A stretch of DNA of 30,506 nucleotides from a virus, in IMG/VR virus record IMGVR_UViG_3300044606_000094, positions 1-30,506 of that record; one strand, given 5' to 3'. The position numbers were made by a program, and so were the translations under genes. Positions 18,762 to 26,462 of the stretch are shown here, in pieces (positions within the stretch are counted from its first letter, which is position 1; each line of letters begins with the position of its first letter). Under the pieces are notes generated by a model. That model saw only the letters and a list, made by a program, of their open reading frames with translations. It was not told the DNA's origin and ran no database searches.

Positions 18762-19007
18762 TCAGTAATAAAGTGCTTTAGCAATTTCCTTTGCAATTTC
18801 TACTGCTTTTTTATAAACACTACTCCCTTCTCTTGCTTTATAATCTTTATAAGGAAATTCTGACCATGCAATATATTCATAATTATCATGCGGAAATAAT
18901 TTTACAATTTTTGCATTTTTATCAATGAATATTTCATATTTATGTCCATTAATTATAATATTTCTTTTTTCACCTGCTATTATCTTTCTTAATATTTCTT
19001 TTTTCAT
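18762..19007 (-). CDS. Hypothetical protein
   Basis: 81-aa ORF with RBS AGGAGG. Confidence 0.4.
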   Translation of the reverse strand: MKKEILRKIIAGEKRNIIINGHKYEIFIDKNAKIVKLFPHDNYEYIAWSEFPYKDYKAREGSSVYKKAVEIAKEIAKALYY

Positions 19008-19099
19008 CTTTCCTCCTTATTTTTTATCAACTAACAATTTAAACAAACAGATTATAACTATCATTCCTAAAAAAATATTTAAGTATATAATCATATATT

Positions 19100-19585
19100 T
19101 TACTTATTTATCCTTCTATCTTTACCTTCAATTTTTACAAGCTTACATATTCCTGCTATCCTGCTTGCTATTCTATCATCGTAAACCTTTGCCAATTCTG
19201 ATATAGATAAATTTGAGTTAATAATCAGTGCCTCTGGATTATATAGTGTTCTTTTATCAAGCACTTCATAAACGACAGAATATGAAAACTCGGTCAATTT
19301 CTCAACGCCTATATCATCAATAATCAAATGTCTTTGATTGACAATTTTATTTATATATTCATATTCATCAAGAGCTGTTTTACAAGCCCTGACATCTCTG
19401 ACTATGTCAGATACTTTTTTATATAAGAAATTTCCGAAATGCTTGCCGATGGCAATAGATGTGTATGTTTTACCTACGCCTATGCCACCATAGATATACA
19501 AACCAAATTTCGGATAACCAGAACATTGTGCAATTATTTTTTTAGGTATGTTTTTATAATCAGCATTATTTATCAAATTTAGCAT
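19100..19585 (-). CDS. DnaC/IstB-like AAA+ ATPase (replicative helicase loader)
   Basis: Walker A GGIGVGKT and Walker B LIIDDIG; directly downstream of the initiator gene. Confidence 0.7.
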   Translation of the reverse strand: MLNLINNADYKNIPKKIIAQCSGYPKFGLYIYGGIGVGKTYTSIAIGKHFGNFLYKKVSDIVRDVRACKTALDEYEYINKIVNQRHLIIDDIGVEKLTEFSYSVVYEVLDKRTLYNPEALIINSNLSISELAKVYDDRIASRIAGICKLVKIEGKDRRINK

Positions 19586-20546
19586 ATTTCTCCTCTATTT
19601 CTTTATCTGTCATTTTTATCATATTAGGCAATTTCTTTTTGCCATTGCCAAGATTTATATATCGCCCCTCTAAAACTTTTGGCATATTGGTAGGCCTGAT
19701 AAGCCATTCAAAATCAGCCCGCCACCCGTGATCGTTCTCACCAAGAAGAAAAGGCATATTTTTAACATCATTAAAATATTTCTCCCACCATTCAAGATTA
19801 TTCCTTTCCTCCTTGTTTTCGTTTATCCTTGCCTTAAGACAACTTTTTCGTTGCTTATTAAATATTTTACATTCGGATAGATAACTACCTAAAATATTAT
19901 TATAACTATTTTTAATGTCTTCCAATAACTTATCTATATCATTTAAATTTTGTGATTGTTGTTTTATTGGTTCTGTTGGTTCAGGTTGAGGTTGAGTTTC
20001 AATTTCATTTTTTATCTCTCCCTCTTTGGGGGGTAGGGGGGTATAATCTTTTATATTATTATCATTTATCTTATTATCCTTTATTAGATGGGTCATATTT
20101 GATACTTCTGAATGGTCATTTTTGATACTTCTGAAGGAACATTTTTGATACTTCTGAAGGTTCATATTTGTTAGTTCTGAATTATATTTTTGATAGTTTG
20201 TTTTTTCTGTTAAAATTATAAATCTTATTTTACCACCGCCATTTTTTATTATTGTTTTAGTTTCTATGAAACCATTTTCTTTTAATTCTTTCAGGGCTCT
20301 TTTAATTCTAATTTCATTGACATTGAACATCTTGCATAAATGTTCTGTGCTAAAATAGAATTTATCTGATTTATAACTTATAACAAAAGCCAATATTTTA
20401 AGTGCAGTTCCTGATAGGTCTTCCTGATATAGCCAATCAGGTATAACAAGAAATCTTAACTTAAATAAAGTTTCTTGGCTTTCTTTCAATAATTCTAACT
20501 CTTGCTTATTTATCTTTACCTCATTATTTATATTTTCGTTTTCCAT
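19566..20546 (-). CDS. Replication initiator / replisome organiser (N-terminal winged HTH, C-terminal conserved phage domain)
   Basis: N-terminal HTH-like LSGTALKILAFVISYKS...IRIKRALKELKENGFIE; C-terminal GWRADFEWLIRP...KVLEGRY; iterons embedded in the linker; partner loader gene follows. Confidence 0.6.
   Translation of the reverse strand: MENENINNEVKINKQELELLKESQETLFKLRFLVIPDWLYQEDLSGTALKILAFVISYKSDKFYFSTEHLCKMFNVNEIRIKRALKELKENGFIETKTIIKNGGGKIRFIILTEKTNYQKYNSELTNMNLQKYQKCSFRSIKNDHSEVSNMTHLIKDNKINDNNIKDYTPLPPKEGEIKNEIETQPQPEPTEPIKQQSQNLNDIDKLLEDIKNSYNNILGSYLSECKIFNKQRKSCLKARINENKEERNNLEWWEKYFNDVKNMPFLLGENDHGWRADFEWLIRPTNMPKVLEGRYINLGNGKKKLPNMIKMTDKEIEEKYAKFDK
20093..20200. repeat. Iteron array: about 4.5 tandem copies of a 23-bp unit (CATWTTTGATACTTCTGAA-like), putative replication origin
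   Basis: Tandem copies start at 20093, 20116, 20139, 20162 and 20185, flanked by an AT-rich stretch (20032-20092) and a G-tract GGGGGGTAGGGGGG (20018-20031); the 23-bp period is not a multiple of 3. Confidence 0.6.
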
Positions 20547-20558
20547 TTAGTCCTCCTA

Positions 20559-20798
20559 TTACTTAACTATATCATATGTTTTTTTAAATGTTTTTTCTTT
20601 ACAGATATATTTTTCACCATCAACACCAAACATTAAATAGTCACCTTTTTTACCACGCCTAACACCTTTCTTTGTTTTTACAATAAATCCTTCAGGAAAA
20701 TTAAGTTGTAAGGCATGTATTATCACAGGTTTTTTTCTGCATTTAACAATCCCTTCAAAATTTTCAAGTGTAATCTTATTTGCATTGAATGGTTTCAT
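20559..20798 (-). CDS. Hypothetical protein
   Basis: 79-aa ORF with RBS AGGAGG. Confidence 0.4.
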   Translation of the reverse strand: MKPFNANKITLENFEGIVKCRKKPVIIHALQLNFPEGFIVKTKKGVRRGKKGDYLMFGVDGEKYICKEKTFKKTYDIVK

Positions 20799-20815
20799 AT
20801 TTCCTCCTATTTATT

Positions 20816-21112
20816 TTATATTTCTATCTCAACTTTTCTTTCTTTATTCCACGCAGCATCCATATAAAGACACTTTATTTGATTAATTAGCTTATCTATA
20901 GCATCTTCATTATCCACAAAAAACTTTCCAGATGATGACATACCCTCCATTACTTTCAAATTATACACCAACTGATCAGACCTATTCTCATAACTACTTT
21001 TTATAAATATCTTAGATGTATAAGTTGTATCATTTTCAAGTACCTCAATTATTACCATTCTTTTTCCATTTTCATCGACTTTTTGTTTTACATCCAATAT
21101 TACTTTCATAAA
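20816..21112 (-). CDS. Hypothetical protein (start revised to ATG at 21112, MKVILDV...)
   Basis: RBS AGGAGG 5 nt before this ATG; the longer listed ORF (to 21223) would run through a promoter and a 5'UTR hairpin. Confidence 0.45.
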   Translation of the reverse strand, partial: FMKVILDVKQKVDENGKRMVIIEVLENDTTYTSKIFIKSSYENRSDQLVYNLKVMEGMSSSGKFFVDNEDAIDKLINQIKCLYMDAAWNKERKVEIEI

Positions 21113-21218
21113 TCCTCCTATAAACAAATTGGTGGAGGGAGGATGTAGATGCGAACGAGGACTACATCCCCCCTTAAATTCATTTATCTGTTTTATATGA
21201 TTGTGTTCGCATACTGAA

Positions 21219-21248
21219 ATCATACTAAATTATTTTTATAGTTGTCAA
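21219..21248 (-). promoter_or_regulatory. Sigma70-type promoter P4 (TTGACA, 18 bp, TATGAT)
   Basis: -35 at 21243-21248, -10 at 21219-21224; preceded by a hairpin (21257-21302) and followed by a GC-rich 5'UTR hairpin (21135-21172). Confidence 0.5.
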
Positions 21249-21256
21249 GTTGTAAG

Positions 21257-21302
21257 AGGCAGATGCTGTATGTGTTGCCTTCGGTAGGAAACATCTGCCC
21301 CT
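21257..21302 (-). terminator. Hairpin downstream of gene 21307-21582 (terminator-like, weak U tail)
   Basis: GGCAGATG / CATCTGCC 8-10 bp stem read from sequence, directly before promoter P4. Confidence 0.4.
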
Positions 21303-21306
21303 AAAA

Positions 21307-21582
21307 TTATTCTATATAACTTATTTTTTTATCACCGCCACATAGAGGACATATCCTATCTATATCGTCCTCTACTATTTCGCCATTCTCATCAAGAAAT
21401 GGCTTCATTAAATTATCATCAGGAACATATTCAATATCATAATTATTAATTTCACTTAATTTTTTATACAATTCATTTCCTGTCACATTTCCATATCCAT
21501 CACAAAGAGGACACTCTTCATTTACTTCATAGAATTGTGTCAAGCGATTACCTCTATCCCAAGTATCTGATTTTGTTTTCAT
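21307..21582 (-). CDS. Zinc-ribbon small protein (two CxxC pairs)
   Basis: CPLCDG ... CPLCGG motifs. Confidence 0.45.
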   Translation of the reverse strand: MKTKSDTWDRGNRLTQFYEVNEECPLCDGYGNVTGNELYKKLSEINNYDIEYVPDDNLMKPFLDENGEIVEDDIDRICPLCGGDKKISYIE

Positions 21583-21854
21583 TTGTCCTCCTCTTTTTTA
21601 TATGGAATATTATAAATTTTACAAAGTTTATGTAATTGTGTTTTTGTTAACTGAATATATTTCACATAATCAAAATCAAAATAATTAAAAAACCCAACTT
21701 TAGCATTTCCATTATCATTTAGTATAATGTCAAAATAACTATATTTTAGACCATAATATAGTTCTATAATATAATGTATTTCTTTTTTTAATTGTCCATC
21801 ATTTTTATTTGCTTTTAATTGCTCTATAATTTTATTTAAAGGAATTTCTGTCAT
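21579..21854 (-). CDS. Hypothetical protein
   Basis: 91-aa ORF with RBS AGAGGAGG. Confidence 0.4.
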   Translation of the reverse strand: MTEIPLNKIIEQLKANKNDGQLKKEIHYIIELYYGLKYSYFDIILNDNGNAKVGFFNYFDFDYVKYIQLTKTQLHKLCKIYNIPYKKEEDK

Positions 21855-21991
21855 TACTCCTCCTCTTTATATTTTCTCTTTATCTCTTTCGTTGTTGCAT
21901 ATCTTTTTTTATTATACTTATATAATCTTTTTTTTATTTTTTTATTGATTATTCTGTCAATATTCATTGCATTTATCTTCATAATTACTCC

Positions 21992-22174
21992 TCATTTAGG
22001 CAACCAGAATTTCCAGAATGGCCTGCTATAATGCTTGCAAGGTATCATAGCTATATTCATTGTCTCTTTCCTTGCTATATACATCTCAAGACACATTTTA
22101 AATGAAGAACAATCTTCGCATTGCCTTTGTTTTAATTTCTTTTCTTTACCATTTCCTATTTTTATTTTAAACAT
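21992..22174 (-). CDS. Cys-rich small protein
   Basis: 60-aa with CEDC ... C ... C. Confidence 0.35.
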   Translation of the reverse strand: MFKIKIGNGKEKKLKQRQCEDCSSFKMCLEMYIARKETMNIAMIPCKHYSRPFWKFWLPK

Positions 22175-22188
22175 TTTATCCTCCTTAA

Positions 22189-22818
22189 TTAAACTCTTGT
22201 TATTGTTTTTTTCTTGGCTATAACGCCCGGTAAAATTTCCCTTTCTTGTTTATAAGCTTTGGCCAATCCATTCAGGAAAGGCATATTAATCTCAACTGCA
22301 TTTATATCAGCCTTGCCATCAGCAATAGCTTTTATAAGTGTCATTTTGTCAACAATTTCGGCATACCAAGATATAGAAAAAGAGGCTGATCCTGTTGATT
22401 TCACTGTTTGAATTATCTGAGGGGCCTGAGTTATAGGCCTTCCTGTTTTTTCAGCCTTCTCTACAGACTTTTGGAACTTCTCATCGGCTTTCTTTTGTAA
22501 TGCCTCCCTGCGTGCGTTCTCGGCCGTAACAAAAGCCCCAATCTTTTGTCTTAATTCACTTTCAGCACTTTTAAGAGGATCAATCATTTCATCCCTCAAT
22601 CCTCTTATCTCATCGTAGGCTTCTTTTGCCTTTTTAACAGCAGGGTTTACCTTCTCCTCTATTTTTGTTCTCATTGATTTTATAGCAGAAAGGAATGATG
22701 TCGCCCTTTCTGTGTCCTTCTCTGACTTTATAATTATTGATTTTGCCTCAATAATTATATTCTTGCTTTCATTTGTTAGTTCATTTTTTATTTCACTTGT
22801 TATTATTTCGTTTTCCAT
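22189..22818 (-). CDS. Hypothetical helical protein associated with the recombination module
   Basis: 209-aa charged, coiled-coil-like ORF immediately downstream of the exonuclease gene. Confidence 0.4.
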   Translation of the reverse strand: MENEIITSEIKNELTNESKNIIIEAKSIIIKSEKDTERATSFLSAIKSMRTKIEEKVNPAVKKAKEAYDEIRGLRDEMIDPLKSAESELRQKIGAFVTAENARREALQKKADEKFQKSVEKAEKTGRPITQAPQIIQTVKSTGSASFSISWYAEIVDKMTLIKAIADGKADINAVEINMPFLNGLAKAYKQEREILPGVIAKKKTITRV

Positions 22819-22838
22819 TTTATTCCTCCTATTAGTTT

Positions 22839-23471
22839 TTATTCTATTTCTGACAATTCTTCTTTTTGCTTTCTATAACCGTTGTTTATTTTAATCGTAT
22901 GAGAAGCCAGCAAAGTTATAAATTCGTAAAAATCTCTTTTGCCTTCGTGCTTGACAAATAAGTATTCGTAAGGTGTAAGATATAACACATATCTTTCCTG
23001 CTCTCCACATTCGTGCCTAAAGAGATATTCATATGCGGCAGTTTGCCACTTATGCCATATCTCTTGTTTTAATATATTACAAGTTTTTAAATCAATTAAG
23101 GCAGGGATATTATTTACAAGAGCCAACTTGTCAGCTCTTCCTGCATATAAATATTTTGGACTATATCTCATAGTCTCATTTTGTAAAATTTTCACGGATG
23201 GGTTTTCTTTTAAAAATAAAATATATTGATTATAAAATGGTATCAAAACAGGGTCAAGCGATTCAACTTTAAGCCTGCCCTCATCGTGCCACTGACATGC
23301 CTGATGCACATATTCACCCCGCTTTGCTGCAACCTGCGATGAGAAATTATAAAGATTTAATTCTGCTTTGATGATTTCTGTGACGCTCGGTATGATTATA
23401 CCTTCAGGCGTCATATAAATATGCCCCTTCACTTCAAAACAGGGTTCGTAAATTCTTTTTTTTCTTTTCAT
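22839..23471 (-). CDS. PD-(D/E)XK family exonuclease (RecT partner)
   Basis: GRADKL ... IDLKT ... QTAAYEY fits the D...(D/E)xK...QxxxY nuclease pattern; adjacent to RecT. Confidence 0.6.
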   Translation of the reverse strand: MKRKKRIYEPCFEVKGHIYMTPEGIIIPSVTEIIKAELNLYNFSSQVAAKRGEYVHQACQWHDEGRLKVESLDPVLIPFYNQYILFLKENPSVKILQNETMRYSPKYLYAGRADKLALVNNIPALIDLKTCNILKQEIWHKWQTAAYEYLFRHECGEQERYVLYLTPYEYLFVKHEGKRDFYEFITLLASHTIKINNGYRKQKEELSEIE

Positions 23472-23490
23472 TATTTGCCTTCCCTTCTTT

Positions 23491-23526
23491 TAAAAGGGCA
23501 GACCCATTTAAGAGCCTGCCCCTTTT
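23491..23526 (-). terminator. Hairpin between RecT and the exonuclease gene (terminator- or attenuator-like)
   Basis: GC-rich stem GGGCAGAC / GCCTGCCC with flanking T and A runs on both strands. Confidence 0.4.
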
Positions 23527-23537
23527 AGTCTGTTATC

Positions 23538-24434
23538 TTATTCAGCAGGCTCAATATTAACCACATAATGATATTCGTTATCTTTATATAGTTCTGTTCT
23601 ATATGTTATCTTGCAAGGATAACCAACCGCTGATTCGCAATTACTGACTAATCCCTCATCCTTTACATTGACGAGGAAGAAGTCATCATTAATTTTAAGA
23701 GCCCTTGTTTTTTTACCTTGTTTTAAAGATAAAAACTCATCAGGCACTCCGATGATTTCCTTTAATTCATTTTCTTGTTCTGGTCTTTTTATTTCTTGTT
23801 TTTCTTTTTTATCTTCCTGCTTGTTTTCTTTTTCTTCATTTGTTTGAGGTGCTTTAATATCATCAGCATTGACATTGATTATTTTGCTTTTATCAATATC
23901 AACCATATTGTCTGGAAGTTCGTCAGCAGTGTAAGGCATACCTGAAAACTCGTCAGGAAAGGCCATCCTGAAACCCTGAGCGATGGCTACTTTTTTTAAC
24001 ATCGTTTTAGGCTTATTCATCCACATTGAATTTCCCTGATTATATTCAGAGAACTCTACCTCGTGGACAAGAGGCTTATCCCAATCCTTTCTATAGATAG
24101 TAACCACTGCAGTTAAGCCTTTATTTTTTATATCTCCATTTGTGGTTACTTCCCAACCAGCGAGCTTACCTGTCCTTTCAGCTCTTTTGAGATACACCTC
24201 ATATCCTGTTATGATTGACAACTTCCTTCCGTTCTTTGTTTCATAAGGTATACAATAGATTTCCCTTTTGAAAGGGTTTAATTGGAAGGCAACCGCAACC
24301 TCAACGAATTGCGTTATCTCATTGTCTTTAAGAGTATTAGATAAACCAAAACTCTTAAGATAAGAGATAACTTTTTCAGAAGTTATCATCTCAGTTTGTT
24401 TTTTTTCTGTCAATTCCCTATTTTCATTATTCAT
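23538..24434 (-). CDS. recT: RecT-like single-strand annealing protein
   Basis: QFVEVAVAFQLNPFKREIYCIPY...GYEVYLKRAERTG and MLKKVAIAQGFRMAFPDEF resemble the RecT family; paired with a nuclease gene. Confidence 0.6.
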   Translation of the reverse strand: MNNENRELTEKKQTEMITSEKVISYLKSFGLSNTLKDNEITQFVEVAVAFQLNPFKREIYCIPYETKNGRKLSIITGYEVYLKRAERTGKLAGWEVTTNGDIKNKGLTAVVTIYRKDWDKPLVHEVEFSEYNQGNSMWMNKPKTMLKKVAIAQGFRMAFPDEFSGMPYTADELPDNMVDIDKSKIINVNADDIKAPQTNEEKENKQEDKKEKQEIKRPEQENELKEIIGVPDEFLSLKQGKKTRALKINDDFFLVNVKDEGLVSNCESAVGYPCKITYRTELYKDNEYHYVVNIEPAE

Positions 24435-24444
24435 TCTTCCTCCT

Positions 24445-24762
24445 TTATTTTATTTTTTCTAATAATCCCAGTTCATAAGGGATTAACTTTATCTCATCAG
24501 TAGACAAGACTTTACCTTCAGGAAGTCTTGTAAGCACCCTGAAAACAAGAGCTTTATCCTCTGTTTCCATCTTTACCTGTAATCTATTCGTTGGGATTTT
24601 AATTTCCAATAAACAGCTCATAAATTCAGCAGTAGCCTGATGACCAACTGCTGAAGTAAACTCCCCCTTAAGGAGCTCTTTAGCCCCTTCAAGAGAAATT
24701 TTATTGAACTTATATTCACCCCAGTCTGTTAAAACTGGAGTATTAAGAACATACAACTTCAT
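24445..24762 (-). CDS. Hypothetical protein
   Basis: 105-aa ORF, start overlapping the HTH gene stop. Confidence 0.4.
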   Translation of the reverse strand: MKLYVLNTPVLTDWGEYKFNKISLEGAKELLKGEFTSAVGHQATAEFMSCLLEIKIPTNRLQVKMETEDKALVFRVLTRLPEGKVLSTDEIKLIPYELGLLEKIK

Positions 24763-24986
24763 TTTTCCTCCTGACTTTGTTTTACTTTTTGTAATGTCTT
24801 TATGGCCTTTTCTCTGTCATAAAAACAAACAGATCGCCCGTTTATGATTTTTATGTGACGGGGAATCTGCGAACCTTTCAGAATGTATATTATTTTTGCA
24901 TATGACATTTTGAAAAGTTTTGCCAATTCTCTATTTGTAATTTCCTTTTTATTTTTTATCTTTTCCATATTAACATATATTAACAT
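24759..24986 (-). CDS. HTH DNA-binding regulator (Cro/repressor-like); likely true start ATG at 24968 (MEKIKNKKEITNRELAKLF...)
   Basis: HTH ITNRELAKLFKMSYAKIIYIL; the listed ATG at 24986 lies inside the promoter spacer, while the ATG at 24968 is 8 nt past the -10 with no SD. Confidence 0.55.
   Translation of the reverse strand: MLIYVNMEKIKNKKEITNRELAKLFKMSYAKIIYILKGSQIPRHIKIINGRSVCFYDREKAIKTLQKVKQSQEEK
24970..24983. promoter_or_regulatory. Operator-like motif TTAACATATATTAA, copy 1 (overlaps the -10 and start of P5; part of a tandem ATTAACATAT x2)
   Basis: Identical 14-mer recurs at 25060-25073; near-palindromic TTAA-N6-TTAA. Confidence 0.5.
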
Positions 24987-25006
24987 ATTTTAATTTAGTT
25001 TGTCAA
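24977..25006 (-). promoter_or_regulatory. Sigma70-type promoter P5 (TTGACA, 18 bp, extended -10 TGnTAATAT), leaderless for the HTH gene
   Basis: -35 at 25001-25006, -10 at 24977-24982. Confidence 0.5.
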
Positions 25007-25034
25007 GTGCCTTTTGATACTTTATACCTTTTTA

Positions 25035-25090
25035 AAATAAAAATCGCACCAGCCACCTGTTAACATATATTAAAAATCAAATGGCTGGTA
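25035..25090 (-). terminator. Terminator after the small HTH gene (8-bp stem ACCAGCCA / TGGCTGGT, large loop, U-rich tail)
   Basis: Stem at 25048-25055 and 25082-25089; the loop contains the second operator copy; the minus transcript continues UUUUUAUUUU. Confidence 0.5.
25060..25073. promoter_or_regulatory. Operator-like motif TTAACATATATTAA, copy 2 (in the terminator loop)
   Basis: Exact 14-mer repeat, 90 bp from copy 1. Confidence 0.5.
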
Positions 25091-25101
25091 TGTTGTCATC
25101 A

Positions 25102-25260
25102 TTACTTTTTTTTAATTATATTTAACTTTCTTTTTGTTAGTCCAAGTTTTTTAGCCCAATAATGAATTACACGAGTGCTTACTCCTAACTTTTTAGCCAA
25201 CTCAACCTCACTTGTTGAGTTGAATAATTTAATGAACTCTTTGTCGCTTATCGTTTTCAT
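25102..25260 (-). CDS. Small HTH protein not in the track (52 aa, MKTISDKEFIKLFNSTSEVELAKKLGVSTRVIHYWAKKLGLTKRKLNIIKKK)
   Basis: RBS AGGAGG then ATG at 25258-25260; clear HTH (ELAKKLGVSTRVIHYW); terminator directly downstream. Confidence 0.55.
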   Translation of the reverse strand: MKTISDKEFIKLFNSTSEVELAKKLGVSTRVIHYWAKKLGLTKRKLNIIKKK

Positions 25261-25272
25261 TTGTCCTCCTGA

Positions 25273-25686
25273 TTATATCAATCCTTTGTTTTTAAAACTA
25301 TAATATTTAAAACACTTACCAATAATCAAATGGTCAATAATATTAATATCTATTATTTTACCTGATTTTACTAACTTTTGTGTTATAATTAAATCATCTT
25401 CCGATGGTTCTACATCGCCTGATGGATGATTGTGGCATATAAATATACCATATATACCCTTCATAATAGCAAACCTAAAAACTTCACGAGGGGATACTAT
25501 TGAACTGTTAATATTTCCTAATGAAACTAATTCAATATATTGTATCATTAGTTTTACGTTTACTCCTGCCACCCAAAAGTGTTCTTTATTTTTATCAATT
25601 ATGTTATCTTTATTTAAAATAGCATAAAATACTGATGCCAACTCATCCATCCCAATAATCTTTGTTTTTTTAGATTTTATAAGCAT
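25273..25686 (-). CDS. RadC-like JAB/MPN domain protein
   Basis: HNHPSGDVEPSEDD matches the JAB metalloprotease motif (HxHP...S..D) typical of RadC-like proteins. Confidence 0.75.
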   Translation of the reverse strand: MLIKSKKTKIIGMDELASVFYAILNKDNIIDKNKEHFWVAGVNVKLMIQYIELVSLGNINSSIVSPREVFRFAIMKGIYGIFICHNHPSGDVEPSEDDLIITQKLVKSGKIIDINIIDHLIIGKCFKYYSFKNKGLI

Positions 25687-26369
25687 ATATCCTCCTTTTT
25701 ATCCTCATCATCATCATATGAAAACTTTTTCATCTCCCATTCCTTATCCAGATAGACAATATCTATCTTTAGATTTTCGTCTATCTTTTGCAAAAATAAA
25801 TCATTGCCTGGCCTATCCACATATTCCAAAAGATGGAGGGCTGAATTACCCCTTTTGTATATTTTTTTGCTAAACAGGATTGGATAAATATCCATTGCAG
25901 GCAATTCAATATCTTCATTTAGCACGCCTGCCATAGAGATGTGGAGTTGGCCACCTCTACAAATTTGCATCGTTTTGCTATCCTTTAAATACTCAACCCA
26001 ATAATCCTTACATCCCGAACTACCAGTTTTAACCCTTACTCTGTAAGGGCTAACTCTTTTAAGGTGCATTTCCTTAAAAGAGATCTTTTCAGTATCTTCT
26101 ATTTTTCTTAAGAGAGTATAAAGCATACTCTCTTCAAGAAATTTACCTGCTATCCTCTGGATGGTTAACCTCCCAAAGTAATCTATATTAAAATAATAAC
26201 GCCCCCAATTTTTAAGGGCGTCATTATATTTTACAATGATATGCTTTACATATTTATCATTGTAATTAGAAGTTTCAACATTTTCATTTGTTTCATTTGT
26301 TTCAGAGGTTTCTATTACCTCTGTGTTTTCTGTATTTTCAGTGTTTTGTTTTTGATTTCTTACTATCAT
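25677..26369 (-). CDS. Hypothetical protein with acidic N-terminal repeat (TENTENTEVIETSETNETNENVETS)
   Basis: 230-aa ORF; short tandem DNA repeats at about 26275-26340 encode the acidic repeat; overlaps the RadC-like gene start. Confidence 0.45.
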   Translation of the reverse strand: MIVRNQKQNTENTENTEVIETSETNETNENVETSNYNDKYVKHIIVKYNDALKNWGRYYFNIDYFGRLTIQRIAGKFLEESMLYTLLRKIEDTEKISFKEMHLKRVSPYRVRVKTGSSGCKDYWVEYLKDSKTMQICRGGQLHISMAGVLNEDIELPAMDIYPILFSKKIYKRGNSALHLLEYVDRPGNDLFLQKIDENLKIDIVYLDKEWEMKKFSYDDDEDKKEDICL

Positions 26370-26462
26370 ATCATCCTCCTATTTAATTTGCTCTTGCTCG
26401 GACTTGCCACCGTGCTTGTGCATTACGCCCCGCCCCCATAAAGCGGGGTGGCTCTGCCCTCC

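Noticed and set aside
20093-20200. Possible CRISPR array
   Set aside because: Repeats are 23 bp in direct tandem with no spacers and lie inside a coding region; consistent with iterons, not CRISPR.
21113-21223. N-terminal extension of ORF 20816-21223
   Set aside because: The extension would be translated through promoter P4 and the 5'UTR hairpin; an internal ATG at 21112 has a perfect AGGAGG RBS.
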